DNA from: Trichoplax adhaerens
Lineage: Eukaryota > Animalia > Placozoa
Length of the DNA stretch: 64,000 nt
Direction of reading: 5' to 3'
NCBI RefSeq assembly: GCF_000150275.1
Contig: NW_002060944.1
Location: forward strand, 7,826,735-7,890,734
In this document: piece by piece, positions 26,101 to 39,000 of the stretch
Numbering within the stretch: position 1 is the stretch's first letter
Layout of the letters: every line of letters starts with the position of its first letter
Translations under genes and position numbers: made by a program
The notes under the pieces: generated by a model
Told to the model about the DNA's origin: nothing
Databases searched by the model: none
Seen by the model: the letters and a program-made list of their open reading frames with translations, nothing else

Positions 26101-28446
26101 AAGTACTGTCTTTTGATGATTTTAATCGATTTAACTATAAATTAATTTAAAAATATTATACCTGTACTAAAAGATCATTAAAGGATAATCCATTAACATC
26201 AGTTCATGCGCAGTCTCTTTATGGGCCTCTAGACTTATCAACAACGTAAGTTTAATTTAGGAAGCTATAAGAACGCATTAGGGAATAGAGAACTAATAAA
26301 TATTGAATAGCACAAATGTTTTCATCCTTAATCTTGAAATAGCCTCGTAATTCCTTCCATACTAGCACTCTGACTGTCAGTAGGTGAAATTCTAGTTAAT
26401 ACGTAAAGCAAACTATTATATTAGAACATACCTATGTCGAACAATGTTCTTATTTTCACCATAGCTTATGCTGTAACGACAATTGCAACACAGATAATTT
26501 CTCTGTTGAAAGTATAGCTAGTTCTAAGTTGGCTGCTACTAAGCGTTTCTAGTCATAACGACCTAGCTTTACTACATTAGTCAGCTAAATACTTAAAAAT
26601 AGCTCCACACTAGGCAAAAAAGTCTTTGTAATAAAATGGATTTTCACTACGGTTTCATCTAACATTTCTCTTTACATAGTTAATTATGAAACTCTTATAT
26701 ACCTTTAACAAGAATAGCCTGTACATCAATGATATTTAAAACATATATAAATTATATAGTCTTTATAAGATAAAATTAGTATAGATTTATGTGAGACGCA
26801 TTCTTATTAATTCATTTTACTCGCTATTCAGCTCGACAATTAACAACTAGCTATATTTTCTCGCTCTGTTATACGAAAACAACCATTTTAAATTCTATCA
26901 CTCCAAATTCCCATTAAAAGTATAATTTCTTACCAATATTTATTATTATAACAGTTTCTGAAAATTAACAATTTAATCATATTTTTCATTAACAGTTTTA
27001 TGAGTGCATTAATGATTTTATTATATCTTTAAGATATCTATACCGCAACACTTACTAACTTATAGTAACCCTTTAGTATTTATTTGACTACTGTAACATC
27101 TCTTCTAAGATAATCTATTAGAGTAACCTTAATCATGCTTTAATCTACGGCAAACAAGACTAATGCAAAATTGAAGAATATATAATTATAATTCTTTTAG
27201 CGTTATAGGAACATATAATTTAATTTAGAACAAACTAGGTCTATGAATCTTTCCACGACTATTACGTTACCTAGCTTTAGCTATTACAGCTATTTTTTAA
27301 ATTAATCAATTCCATCTTTAATATCGCTTTACTTTGGAATCTAGTCTGACGAACCGTGACTACTTTTGCTGTATGGTTCCGGCTAAAGTAACAACGTGTC
27401 AACCTATAATTATTGAGTCATTATCAAGTTGTCAGCATTTATTATCTCATTTATCCCTGCGACTCTATATCTGGATTGCTGGTAGCATGGCATTTGTTGG
27501 TAATATATTGGTATTCTGCTCCCATTGGAAAACTTCAGATAAAGATCGATCGAAGAAAATTTTTCACTTACTCTTAATTAATTTAAGTGTAGCCGATTTT
27601 TTAATGTCTATCTATTTGTTTATAATCGCGATTGCTGATCAATTTTATCATAATCAATATGGTCAATATTCAGAAAATTGGTTAAGAAGTACACCTTGTC
27701 TATTAGCCTTTTTTTTTGGTAGTTTATCGAGCATCATGTCGGTCTTGATGATGTTGCTAATTAGTATTGATCTTCGCTTACGTACTGTTCACCCAATTCG
27801 ATATCGAAGCCGAAATCATAAATATAACAGTTTCAGAACGATAATCATCCTGTTCTGGTTGTTATGTATATTCTATGTCGGAATAGCTACGATTACAAGT
27901 ACTAATGCTGCTGGTAACGATCGAATTTATAAATATAGCAGCATTTGTATGCCCAATAATATAGAGAATGCTTATTTTAAAACGTGGATTTTAATTATTA
28001 CATTTTTAACCGTTTGTACATGGTTAATAATTTGTGTATTATACTATTTAGTCTTCAAAAAAACATATCGAAGTAGTGCTTCAGTATATCGCACATCAGT
28101 AGCATCAGATCGAAAACTAGCAAGGAAATTATCCGTCATATTATTAACTGATTTAATGTCGTGGCTTCCTTACTATTTTATCATGTGCAAAGTTCTCTTT
28201 ACAAATTCTCTGGATATCTTTGAGCTAAAATTTGTAATCATAATTGCATTACCGATTAATTCAGCTCTTAATCCGTTCTTGTACAGTTATAATTATTTTA
28301 TTACGCCATGTATTTGCCGAATAGCTCAGGACGGTAAATCAATGGCACCACATCAATGTAGTAGATTACCGGCTTCAGTTCGAGACACGAATCTTAATCG
28401 AACTTTTACTATGAGTCATGGTCGTTATGAAGAATATAGAGTATAA
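8166..28446 (+). CDS. Giant LRR-containing GPCR (LGR-like) gene A: signal peptide, LRRNT, 48 LRR exons, hinge, rhodopsin-class 7TM; ~1623 aa
   Basis: Signal exon 8166-8226 (MIKFIIKLQFYVLLYSFSNYG) and LRRNT exon 9937-10066 (C..YCTC......C). Phase-2 GT-AG LRR exons start at 10189, 10347, 10580, 11014, 11189, 11763, 12251, 13106, 13706, 13953, 14443, 14585, 14888, 16298, 16570, 17303, 17524, 17762, 18012, 18169, 18485, 18744, 18980, 19154, 19385, 19601, 19932, 20281, 20430, 20752, 20950, 21141, 21430, 22746, 22964, 23098, 23282, 23490, 23689, 23898, 24133, 24328, 24596, 25195, 25418, 25691, 26027, 26174. They are mostly 72 nt, open, and read xLxxNxI..I....F..L..L..L. Terminal exon 27345-28446 has YFCC...TCQP...SSCQHLL, NLSVADFLM, CMP, TDLMSWLP, PINSALNPFLY. 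Confidence 0.9.
8531..8870. mobile_element. Degenerate solo-LTR-like element in gene A intron 1
   Basis: TATTACAAATTT start and TCACGACA end. Internal similarity to 4584-4790. TSD is weak (ACTAT/GTTAT). Confidence 0.45.
9263..9907. mobile_element. Solo-LTR-like element, family 1, in gene A intron 1
   Basis: (G)GTTACAGTGTTATACACTGTAA ... TTGTTGCAAAGCTATTTTGTAACA, flanked by ATGTA/ATATA. Homologous to 29371-29871 and 59145-59774. Confidence 0.8.
15307..15657. mobile_element. Solo-LTR-like insertion in a gene A intron
   Basis: ACTCG|GTCAC...GATGACA|ACTCG: perfect 5-bp direct repeat around (T)GTCA...TGACA termini. Confidence 0.6.
16108..16179 (+). pseudogene. Dead LRR exon of gene A (counterpart of live gene B exon 39624-39695)
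   Basis: 72 nt ending in an intact GTAAGC donor, but the acceptor reads AT instead of AG and the frame has TAG, TAA and TGA. Reads *LNSNLLTQMTSLLSAYLTK*Y* versus YLNDNQLTKLTSSIFAHLSKLTI in B. Confidence 0.8.
20659..20722 (+). pseudogene. Truncated tandem duplicate of LRR exon 20752-20823
   Basis: 93-bp duplication including the acceptor (AACCTTAATGTATAG vs AACCTTATTGTATAG). The copy has TAA at 20666-20668 and no donor. Confidence 0.8.
21856..22428. mobile_element. Solo-LTR-like element, family 2, in a gene A intron
   Basis: ATATA|TGTCACAAACCAGCTTTGTGACA...CACGGTAGTTTGTACCGTGGCA|ATATA with perfect 5-bp TSD. Homologous to 33474-33915. Confidence 0.85.
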
Positions 28447-29370
28447 GATGATATTCCGAATAGCCCGAAACGAATACATGGCTGAAAGAATTTTGATAAG
28501 TTATAATGCCATGCGGTTTCCTGGAGGTAAACAAAGATCAATTGGCGACCCGTATTTTGGATGTTTAAACTGCGGAATTGTTTCTTCCTATGTGGCAATA
28601 TTTCATAGTATTTTATATCATGGAACTGTTCGAATCGAGTCATTCTAGTATTAGTCGGAGGATTTTCATGACTATCAATATTGTAGTATTAATTTATTTA
28701 TTAAATAAGTCTGAACTGTTAAAATATTAGCATGATTGATTAATGTTCGTCAGTGCCGATAAGTACTGAAGTAAGCTAAGTAGATAATTGAATAAATTAA
28801 TTCTCTAGTCGTATAATGTAAAAACAAAGGTACCGAAGTTCTAGGGAGAAAAGAGATCCTGGATCTCGAAGATTTATTGTTACGTAACCCTCGTTACGCA
28901 ATTGCTTTGCGATAAGATGTATAATCTGAAAAGATTGATAATATGTTATTACATGTTATGCGCTATCCGGAGTTAATCTGCTACTAGTATAACTAGCTCT
29001 AGCAAGCCTACTAGCGCAAATCAACATTTCTGAAGAATGATAATTTAGATATTGTCTACAAGAATAAAGAAACTACTTACATATACACAGTACTTTAAAT
29101 ATTTACAATATAAAGATCATGGATCGAAATTTTCCAATTGCATCTCATAAGACTATCTGTTATACGCATTTGAAAAAATTCTACATTTTTACACGATAGT
29201 AAGATCAACATAATTACCTTGTTACAAATATGGCTGATATGAATTGATTGATGCCAATTTCCAATTAAATTATTATTATGTCTAACTGTCTGGAAAGTAA
29301 TCTTCGTGATGTATACTTTATTTCTATGCTACATTCTATATGTATTGTATTTCAGAAATTTTTACGGTCT

Positions 29371-29871
29371 TGTTACTGTGTTATACACTGTAATATCGAG
29401 ATTAGAGCAGAAATATCTAGGTAAGGATAATTTACAATTCAAATTATTGTGATTGTAACTTACTTGTGGTAGATTATAGATTATCATGGAAATGTTCCAT
29501 GATAGGACATATCGTAATCTGACTAATTTGCATTAGTCATTAGATGTCTATGCTCGTAAATACCGTTGTCATTAGTAGGTAGCAGTAGATAAAATTAGCT
29601 ATTGATTCATTAAAAGGTTTCAATGTAAATATTACTAAGCAGACTGTCTAACTATTGTGAAAGAGTATATAAATGCGGTATATCGTATAAAAATGAGAGT
29701 TTTTAAGATTAGTGCTTAACGTAAAATACGTGGCGTCTAAATCTTTTTAGAGTCTACTAGTGTAAGAAAAGCGTTCCTTATAGGGTAGATATTGCTCCCT
29801 GATCAATGATTAGGGAATCGGTTTATTGATCGCATATTACGTTATCTTGTTGCAGAGCATCTTTTGTAATA
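29371..29871. mobile_element. Family 1 solo-LTR-like element nested in 29287-31032
   Basis: GGTCT|TGTTAC...TGTAATA|GGTTT. The empty site ACGGTCT|CCTTAAT is present at 56454-56467. Confidence 0.85.
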
Positions 29872-30052
29872 GGTTTCCTTAATTGTAACTTTAGTGATTA
29901 GCAGTTGATATGTTAGTAATTTTTAATTTAGGATTTGACAGACCAGGATAGTAATTGCCTATTAGTTTAACAGGGTTGTATCTATCACCTCCAAGATTAT
30001 TAAGATTTAAAGTACAATTTCTAAGTTTAGAGGAAATATCTTAGTAGGATAG

Positions 30053-30662
30053 TGTTACGGTGTCTGACACCGTAAGCTAAATTAATATTTCTAATTGTTT
30101 TTAATGTTGTTTATCAATTCTTGTCAGTTGCGACTCGCTATTGCTAATTGAGTTTCGGATTATTAATATTAGATGTAGATGCACCGTCTATATTGTTGTC
30201 ATAGAATTACTTAGCTTAGTATTAAGTAATCTAATGATAGGCTATAGCACCTATCAAAAATATGTTGATATAGTGTAGAGCTTGAGGGCTTTAATTGGTT
30301 ATTAATTGATTTATTCTAATTAATGTTGTTTACAAACTTTGTCTATACCAAGTCCTGTTGTCAATTGTAAAGAAATTCTAATATAAATTCTAGTAAAATA
30401 AGCAGAGCCCAATTCGCTACAATGCACCAACGGCCTGCACCAAGGGTATAAAAGAGCGAGCTCGGACTAGCTTGTTCAGTTCCTAATTTCGATCGAAATA
30501 GACAGGCCTGCAACCCGGACTTATATATATTTACTAATAAAGTATATTATAAAATTAAAACACTTCAAGTAGTTCTATCCTCGACAGTAATAGCCAGTTT
30601 ACAACGAGATTAATAGTAACTAGAGAAGTTTAATTGCTCACGAAAAGAAGATATTTGTGACA
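30053..30662 (+). mobile_element. Solo LTR, family 4, nested, with TATA and polyA signals
   Basis: GATAG|TGTTACGG...TTTGTGACA|GATAG with perfect TSD. TATAAAAG at 30447 and AATAAA at 30536. The 56375-56993 copy has a single GATAG at this site. Confidence 0.88.
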
Positions 30663-31096
30663 GATAGCCTAATATGTATTTATTAAACTACTATTACGAA
30701 TTGATTAATTTAATACTGATACAGTAAATTTAATAGGATCAGACTATGTTTATTCTGTACAGATAGAGGCTCTTTAGAGTATTTGGTTAATTTCTAATAG
30801 ACGAGGTGACTTGTGTAATTAAACCGATTTTAGGTAGTAAAACCTATATAAGCGGTGACTTCGCCACTAATAAATTAGCTTGTGATTTTCTAGAAAGTTT
30901 GAAGGTCTCTCGGTGTTGAATCCTATCTGCTGAGCAATACCAGCTGACTGGTATTCCAAATAACAACAATGTAGGTCAGGAGATACTCTTTCAACCCTTG
31001 TTGCAAGTTAGGGCTATTCCTAGCTCGCATCACCAACTCTTACAAAATATACTGACAATGACAATTAGTATAATAGCGAAAACTTATCAGGCATTT

Positions 31097-31547
31097 TGTC
31101 AAAAATAATTCTTTGGATTACAATGCGTACAAGTATCCTAAAAATTTAATTTATAATTATCTTTATTTCTTAAAGAGTTTCTCATTGTACAGGGTATAGC
31201 CTATTCGTAAACAAGTTATTGTCGATTATAATTATACTAGTCTTCATTTAGCCTTGAGCCAGTTAATTAATTATTAGTTTATTCTCACGGACTACTTCCT
31301 GACAAGTTTACTAGTCTAACATAAAGCACTTACTTTGAATTGCTTCTACAGATTACTACCCTAATCTGCCGAAAAATCTAATTAGAATATAGTAATGCTA
31401 CTTAACGCCTAATAACTACCCTTCTAAAAGGCTCAAAACCAGTAGACATGCTGTACTATAGTCTACAAAACATACTATAACACTGAAACATTGTCAACAA
31501 CAATACTTTCTTAAACTCTATAATTTAGGCAACGTAGTGCCGTAACA
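31097..31547. mobile_element. Possible degenerate TG...CA element
   Basis: TGTCAAAAA start and GTGCCGTAACA end resemble the other families; TSD ambiguous. Confidence 0.3.
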
Positions 31548-33091
31548 TTTATGCTCTTACCTAATTCTAATTTATCATCACCTCTTGTCTAAATCAAGTA
31601 TTCAGACCTATTGCATCAAATATATCGTTCCATTTATTATAATAAAAACAAATTAAGCATACTTCCTAATAAATTCAATGTCTTAATTAAACAATACTAA
31701 CTATATTTTTGTCTATACTTTATGATGTAAGATAGGCTAGAAATTAAGTTGTTAATGGAGTTTCAAATGTTAATGTAGAATAGCGTATTTTGTACGTTAG
31801 CGATAGATAATGACTAGATATCAATTGTCAAATCTGAATAGCATATAAGATGAATTAATAAGATTCTATTTGATATAAATCCATGTTCAATATGTCTTCT
31901 AGAGATTATACATTTTTTGATGTATTTCAATATTACTTGTGTACGGGCTAACCTTTTTAAAAGTACTAGTAGACTAATCATTCAAATTACTGGGAATTAA
32001 AGTCCGAGCCTGAGGCATACCCTATATTTGAGAGTTCATCATGCAGTTTGATTGAAAGTATTGCTATGCCTGACGTAAAGTATGCCATTGTATATAATAT
32101 AAATAAAAATTTGAATAAAAAAGATCTATTTTGTAGAGTAGAATTATAGGGGAAAACCCAGCTAAATAATAATGAACTGACTTTGAGGTTAGCTTAAGCA
32201 AGCTGTGGTAAAATTTCATTTTGTTTTTGATAAAAGATACATGCATATTCTTGTATTTAATTGACTAATATAGTCTGTAATAAAAAAGAAAATAATCTGT
32301 AGGGCAACTGTGGTCGAGACAATACATAAAAATATACAGTGTCTAACTAGCGCACACAAATCAAGAAAGATACTGTTTACCAAAAGTAATCTTACGAGAT
32401 AAGGATACAGCTCTACTGCAAAGCTAAATACAATTTACGGCAGTATTGATTCTTTTGACAGAAAATGATGACGTTCAAAAATATTGTTTTCTTTCAATTT
32501 TTCTAAGCTCAATCAGAGAACGTCCAATGCTGGGTCTGCCACACTAGAATTGAATGCTCTACTAGCCATCTTGATATCCTTTCGACGGCATACTTCGAAG
32601 ATTAATTGGAAAAAGTGATAGAGACAATTGTCGTGTCAAATAACCTAAATTTCCTTCTTATTAATTATTAAACAGTATATATTGATCAGATTTGCTTCAA
32701 ATAACTTTTGACATCCGCTCATGTTTTGAAGGAACATCTTTGAAAATTTTCAATTTATATCAAGAGCTAGTTTTCATAGTAGGTTGGCTTAATTAAAGAT
32801 TGATTCGGTTTAATATTTCTATTATAAGCATACCTAGCAACGAGAGTTCAGAAATTACGATTAGCCATCAATTGACTTAAAGTGGGCAACTTGAGAGTGC
32901 ATCAAATTACAATCTTTCGCAAGGACATAAAAATTTCTTTTAACTGATCATATATTCGGATTTTAAAACTCCTTGATAGAAGATCATTCTGTTATAGTGG
33001 TTACAAAAAGTTCATTTTCGTGAAGTAACTTATTATCTCAACGTTTCTACTTGGTCAACGTTTCCTTAACGGAGCTACCAATAAAATCAAC

Positions 33092-36000
33092 ATGGAGATA
33101 AAACACATCATTCTACTTTGTTGGTATATTTTACTTTGCTCTCTTTGCAACTACGGTAAAGGAAAAATTTTATGGCCGTGCTATTGCTTTTAAAGTCTCT
33201 GATTTATTAAATTCACCCTAGAATAGATTCATTTATATAGCGTTGACTTGAAATGGAATATTTTAATTCAATTTTAAACTGCATAAATACTTCATACTAT
33301 CCAGTAATTTACTAAGTATTGCTACGGTATAGCTAATATCAAATTTTGACAACGGTAAATATCGTAAGCAAAATAGCTGACAGTGAAATGGGTAAATTGT
33401 TATTTATTTCTGTCTATGATATTCGATATTACAAATTATTTTCGTGCTACGTATAACATTAAATATAATCTTATGTCACAAACCAGCTTCGTGACAAGGA
33501 TAACGCAAAATAAATCTCTAAATTACTATAGTCTCCGGGATTCAGTATCCCTTAACTACCTCACAAGAATTTAGACGCCTTTGATTCTACGTTAAACTCA
33601 ACTAGACAATTGAGAACTACTTTATTCAAATATCTGACGGGCTTATATACCCATCTACAGCAGCTAACATTCACGAGTTATCTTATAAAAATACTTAGGT
33701 GAGAACATCTACTAACTAGTTTTTCACAGTCGGACTACAATATGTCCATTCACAGAATCATTTCAGTGCACATTACAGCACAGCATTAAATTTACTATAA
33801 CACATTTATAATTAGAGTAATTCCTATTGTAAGTAACTAGTTGTAATATAATATCACTATATTATATTAACCAAATTTAGATGGCTATTTCTTCACGGTA
33901 GTTCGTACCGTGACATCTTAATATTACAGTCGATTTTAATAATGATTACGGGAACTTTGATTAATTAAATGATAAAATATACTTGATGGAGTGGATTAAA
34001 GGAGATCTCTTTAGGTGATAGGCCAATTTCTTTATCCTTAGTTTATTATGTGTAATTATCTATCATAGTTTGATTCGTATGAATCATTTCAGTAGAGACT
34101 CATTTTTGTAGCTGAAACAGAATATATTTTTTAAACCTGTCAATTTGAGTTCTATAGAACGACAACAATGCCTCTTAAATATTTGATTTTTCGCCATCAT
34201 AATTTAAAGTTCAAAGGCCGTTAATAGTAATTCAAATTAACCTCTAATAAATACTTTTCAAATACTTTATTTTTTAGGTACGCAGAGTAAAACATTTGAT
34301 TGTGCTGTACATTGTACTTGCCAAAAGGAAATCATGCAATGCCTTGGCTCTGAAATGCATGAAATACCAACTATCTTAGAACGAAATCAATCTAAATTTA
34401 CAACTTTGTGAGGAATAAGGAATAGAAGCAGAGTTATACTAATCAATACTTTGAAAAAATTATTATACTATTTTGCAATTCATGACTTACAAATATCACT
34501 TTTATTTTATCTATAATATAACATAATTAGAAAGATTAAAAGGACAGGAATAGAGAAATTAATAAATGGAAGTTTTTTATCCTATCACGGACTGAGAAAG
34601 CTGTAATTTTTGCCTTTTATCGATAAGTGACAGTATTTCATGATCGGTGACAGCTCTAATGCTTTTGATGTATCTTCTGAAATAGAAACTTAAGATTTAA
34701 TAAGATTCAATCTATTGAAAATAATTCTTTCATTGGTTTAGAAGGATTATCTGAACTGTAAGTTATTTATTCAGTTTATGTATTAAATTTACTTCATTTT
34801 TAGCTAATTAATCTATTTAATCCTTTCGTTATGATAATACGATTATTAAATTGCTAGAATTATTGTCTTATTAAGTTGATAAAATTTGAGTAGAAAAATT
34901 ATATTTTTATTTACACTAGCGATTTAACTGGGAATAGAATTAGCGTCTTATCGCAAGAAATGTTGACTGGACTAAAGAATGTATGGAATTTGTAAGTTAA
35001 ACTTGTTACTACATGTTTAATTTGTTATTGAATATCTCTCGGATTTACTTTATCATATATAATAAATAGTAAGGATTAGTAGTTACAGCTCAATATTGTG
35101 TTTATTTAAAAAGCTAATATTTAATTGAGATATGTTCGTATCGTTGACAACGGACAACAATGGACCATTTTATATGAAATAGATCAATATTTCATAGATC
35201 TGTGATGAAAAATTTTCGCGAATCTATATTAATAACTGACAATGATGTGATCTAAATTTATAGAATTTTAATGGATAATTTAATCACTCAAATCTTTGTC
35301 GATACATTTAGCCGACTGAAAAGTTTACGTGTGCTGTTAAGTATTTGGCCAAACTTCAATTTCTATAGCTCTTCAATTTTCCATACGTACGCGTATTTAC
35401 ATTATATTATTTTTATATTCTTATTTTTTGAATATAACGTATAGAAACTTAAGTTATAACCGGATTGCAGAAATTCAACCCAAAACATTTTATTACAATA
35501 ATAAAATGTTCTATTTGTACGTATAAAAAATATCATGATAAACTTAGAATAGGATTTATAGCTCGAAGATACTCAGTAATCATATCCAGAGCTAAGTACA
35601 ATTTTTTATTAAATTGCCAAATTCTTTCACACATCATCTACTTCGGGTATTGTATAATAAGGATCTCATATTAGTTTTCATAAAAATAGTTATGTTGACT
35701 ACAATTAAAACGTAGCTGTCAAAGCAATTACATTGTTGCCGCAAAGCTAAGACTTTACTGCAACCGCCAAATAGTTACACTGATTTTGATTATGTTAAGT
35801 ATTTAGGTATATACGTTCTAATTACAGTTCTTAATATTCGGTAGGCGAGTACTACAAATTAATTTTGTAATAAAGTACGTTAAATCTTTCAATGTCGTTT
35901 TTGAATAGCATAGCTATTAATAGTTTTAGAAACAATTCCATGGTTACAACGTAAATATCTTATGACTAAATATAGTATGCGTAGACTACATAATGTTCAT

Positions 36001-39000
36001 TTGAGAGACTGCTATCAGCAGTAAGTACTATATTTAATAAAAAAACTTATACAAACTAGAAATTACCTGAACGGGGCTAAACTAACAAAATTATTCGAAC
36101 GCGGTAATGACTATTGATCACCATAGTAGCATAATACTGTAATAGGAATGTTATTATATTAGATAACGTTAGAAAGCTCAGAATATTTGATCATGAGCTT
36201 ATTTCGTAACCAGAACTCCGTCGATATTTTGTAGGAGTACAATTATTGATATTCTTTTCCTTAAACTTTTTCAGAACATATCTTCAAAAAATTATCCAAT
36301 AGCTAATTTTATCTATTGAAATCAATTAAGAGATATCCGTAATACCTAAATTTTTACCTTTTACTGATCAGTATTCATACCGATATTAATTGATTTAATA
36401 GGAACTTAAAACGTAATTTTATGCGAAGTTTTACATCTGAAGCATTCAGTAAAAACAATACTCTTCAAAACTTGTAAGTTGGTGAAAAATAGTTTAATTT
36501 TGAAGATATTCTTGTATTGCTGTTTTTTTGATTTGTGATAGTGGATAATCATACTGGAAATAACTTTATTTATTTATGCAGTTATATGACATTTCTATCT
36601 TCAATTAAGTCATCACTTCTGTTTACAATAACAATTAAACAGTTTTCATTTCATTACTATCTTAATTTACAGTCTATTGTATATTTGTAAATTAGAAAAT
36701 TGCACGATAATTTCATGGTGCAACTTCGTCAAGGATCAATGGATACAGTTCCGAACTTGAATTATTTGTAAGTTGAATAGATAAAAAATTGAATGTATTT
36801 TAGCCACAATTTTAGCTGCGGTCTTGATGACGGTGATATTTAAATTGATTTACTAAATTTTAAAGTTATAATCTGAGCAAATATGGTACCGATAATTGTT
36901 TTTTATGTTTGTATATCTTTCCTGTCTATCTAAAGAATCTATAAATGTGATATGATTACTACTATAGAAGTCTTAGCCGATCAACGAGATAGTCAATATT
37001 TTTGTATCTATATATACATGCTCTCAAATCATAATTAAATTTTGATTGATCCTTCTCTAGAAGAATCGCTTATCTTAATCTAAGGCTATAGCAGATTAGT
37101 CTTAATTTCCAATCTGTTGAAGATCATTATATCTAACATCAATTGGATCAGTAATTACGAAAAGATCCTTATATTTTTATTTTCATTCGCTTCATCACCT
37201 TTCTATTGATTTAATGCAGCTTCATCAATAAAGCTATGTATATATAATATACGTGCATCTGAAAGTTTTTAATGTAGAAATGACAAATCTTATCTTACTT
37301 CCGGAACTTTTTAAAATTAATAATAAATGTCTTACATCATTCTCAATGATGCAACATTAAATGATGTTTATTCATCTTTTAAATCTTAGATTTAAAATAT
37401 AAATTACTCAATAGCGATAACTTTATACAATCATAGTTTGGTTACTGGGTAGCTAAGGTCATAATGAATGCTAGTATTTCATATAGCCATATTGTTGCTC
37501 TTGTATGCTTTATTTCTTGGTTTAATTATGTTAATTTCTATAACAGAGTTTCCGGAATTCATTATAATCTGTATAATTACATATTTAGGTATATTGGAGG
37601 GAAGTTCTTCACAGGATTTGACGCAAACAGTTTACATCAGTTTAATAATTTAAAATTATTGTAAGTTCCCTTAGCGATATTAATATTTGAACCACATTAA
37701 AATATTTTAAGCCAAGAAATAATGCAGTTGTCAACGATTTTATTGATTAGCTAAACTATGACCTATAATGTGCTGAAATAATGCTTGCTATTGCTTCAGA
37801 TTATTTGTTAGATGTACCAGTATTTTTTAAAGGCTAGAATTTTTGCGTAGGTTTATTGTAGATTTTTACTTTACTTTAGTTAAGGTTAAACTAATATGGT
37901 TGGATTTTATTTTGTTAAACGTGACTGTATTCGATCAGATTTGACTAGAGAAAAAGGTATTATTGATATTTGTAGAAGATAAAAATAGCTGTAGTCAATA
38001 TAATTTTTTTGTCGTTGCAGATACATTCGATTTGGAAATTTTTCCGCTCTTCAGATCAATTCTCAAACATTTGCCAATTTATCTACTTTGACTGACTTGT
38101 TCGTAATTTTTTAAATCTATGTTATTCAAGAATGACATAAATATTATTGTTTATTAAAACCGAGTTTTGATTTCTAATATTTGATAATATATCGTAAATC
38201 TTGGACTATGATCTAATTTGCAGATTACGAATCAGATTTATGCAATCTCGATATACTTTACTATAATTAGAAACATCGGAGCAATTAATACAGGGAAGAT
38301 TACAATTGCTTCTAAGGCATTTTCGATGAATCGAAATTTGAAGAGACTGTGAGTAGCAGCCAGTAAATTTTATGCGTATCTTTCATGTGGTGTACTTTTA
38401 TGCTGTCATAAAGTAACGGTAAAGTTATGGTGTAGGATTAGACATCAAATTGTAAGTATGTTTCTAGTACGTTAGAATATTGCAATGGTATCTGCGGTAT
38501 AGAAAATCGCGCATTGGACCGGTTAACGAAACTCTTTTCGGTGTAAGTTTTTTATTTACAAAGTCTAGTCGAGTTTATGTATATCAGCGCTATGATTTGA
38601 TAAATCAAAATAATTATAATTTAAAGTTTGTTTAAGCGCTAGATAGTTAGATCTTGTTGACATAAATTAAATTCTAATTATAACTATATTAATTCTTACT
38701 CTTATTGTGCATTTCTTTTATAATTATTACGTATAATTTCAAAGTAATATCAGGTACACACGTATAGAAAATTTGCCTCTTGGATTATTCAGTGAGAAAC
38801 CAAACCTAAGAATAGTGTAAGTTGGCTTTCTTTATGCAGTACAAATGTGCAATGGATCGAATCATAAAATAAGCATGAGCTATTTTAAAGTAATTGCAAT
38901 TATAATAAAAGTAAGAAAAAAGCTATGCGGTTCTTTGATGATTTCATAGCTTGATAGTAGAATTTGGTATGCTCTTTAAGAAGTTGTTACCCTCCTGATT

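Larger units (their letters stand above)
29287..31032. mobile_element. Solo-LTR-like element, family 3, hosting two nested insertions
   Basis: CTAAC|TGTC...CCTAGCTCGCATCA|CCAAC. Colinear with the uninterrupted copy 56375-56993 once the nested elements are removed. Confidence 0.8.

Noticed and set aside
27334-27344. ORF-track starts at 27334 and 51563 as standalone single-exon GPCRs
   Set aside because: They start at TTG inside the intron; phase-2 acceptors at 27344 and 51573 join these exons to the upstream LRR exons.
28418-28648. Overlapping +/- ORFs just after the gene A stop
   Set aside because: 3' UTR and decayed tail sequence with no homology evidence.
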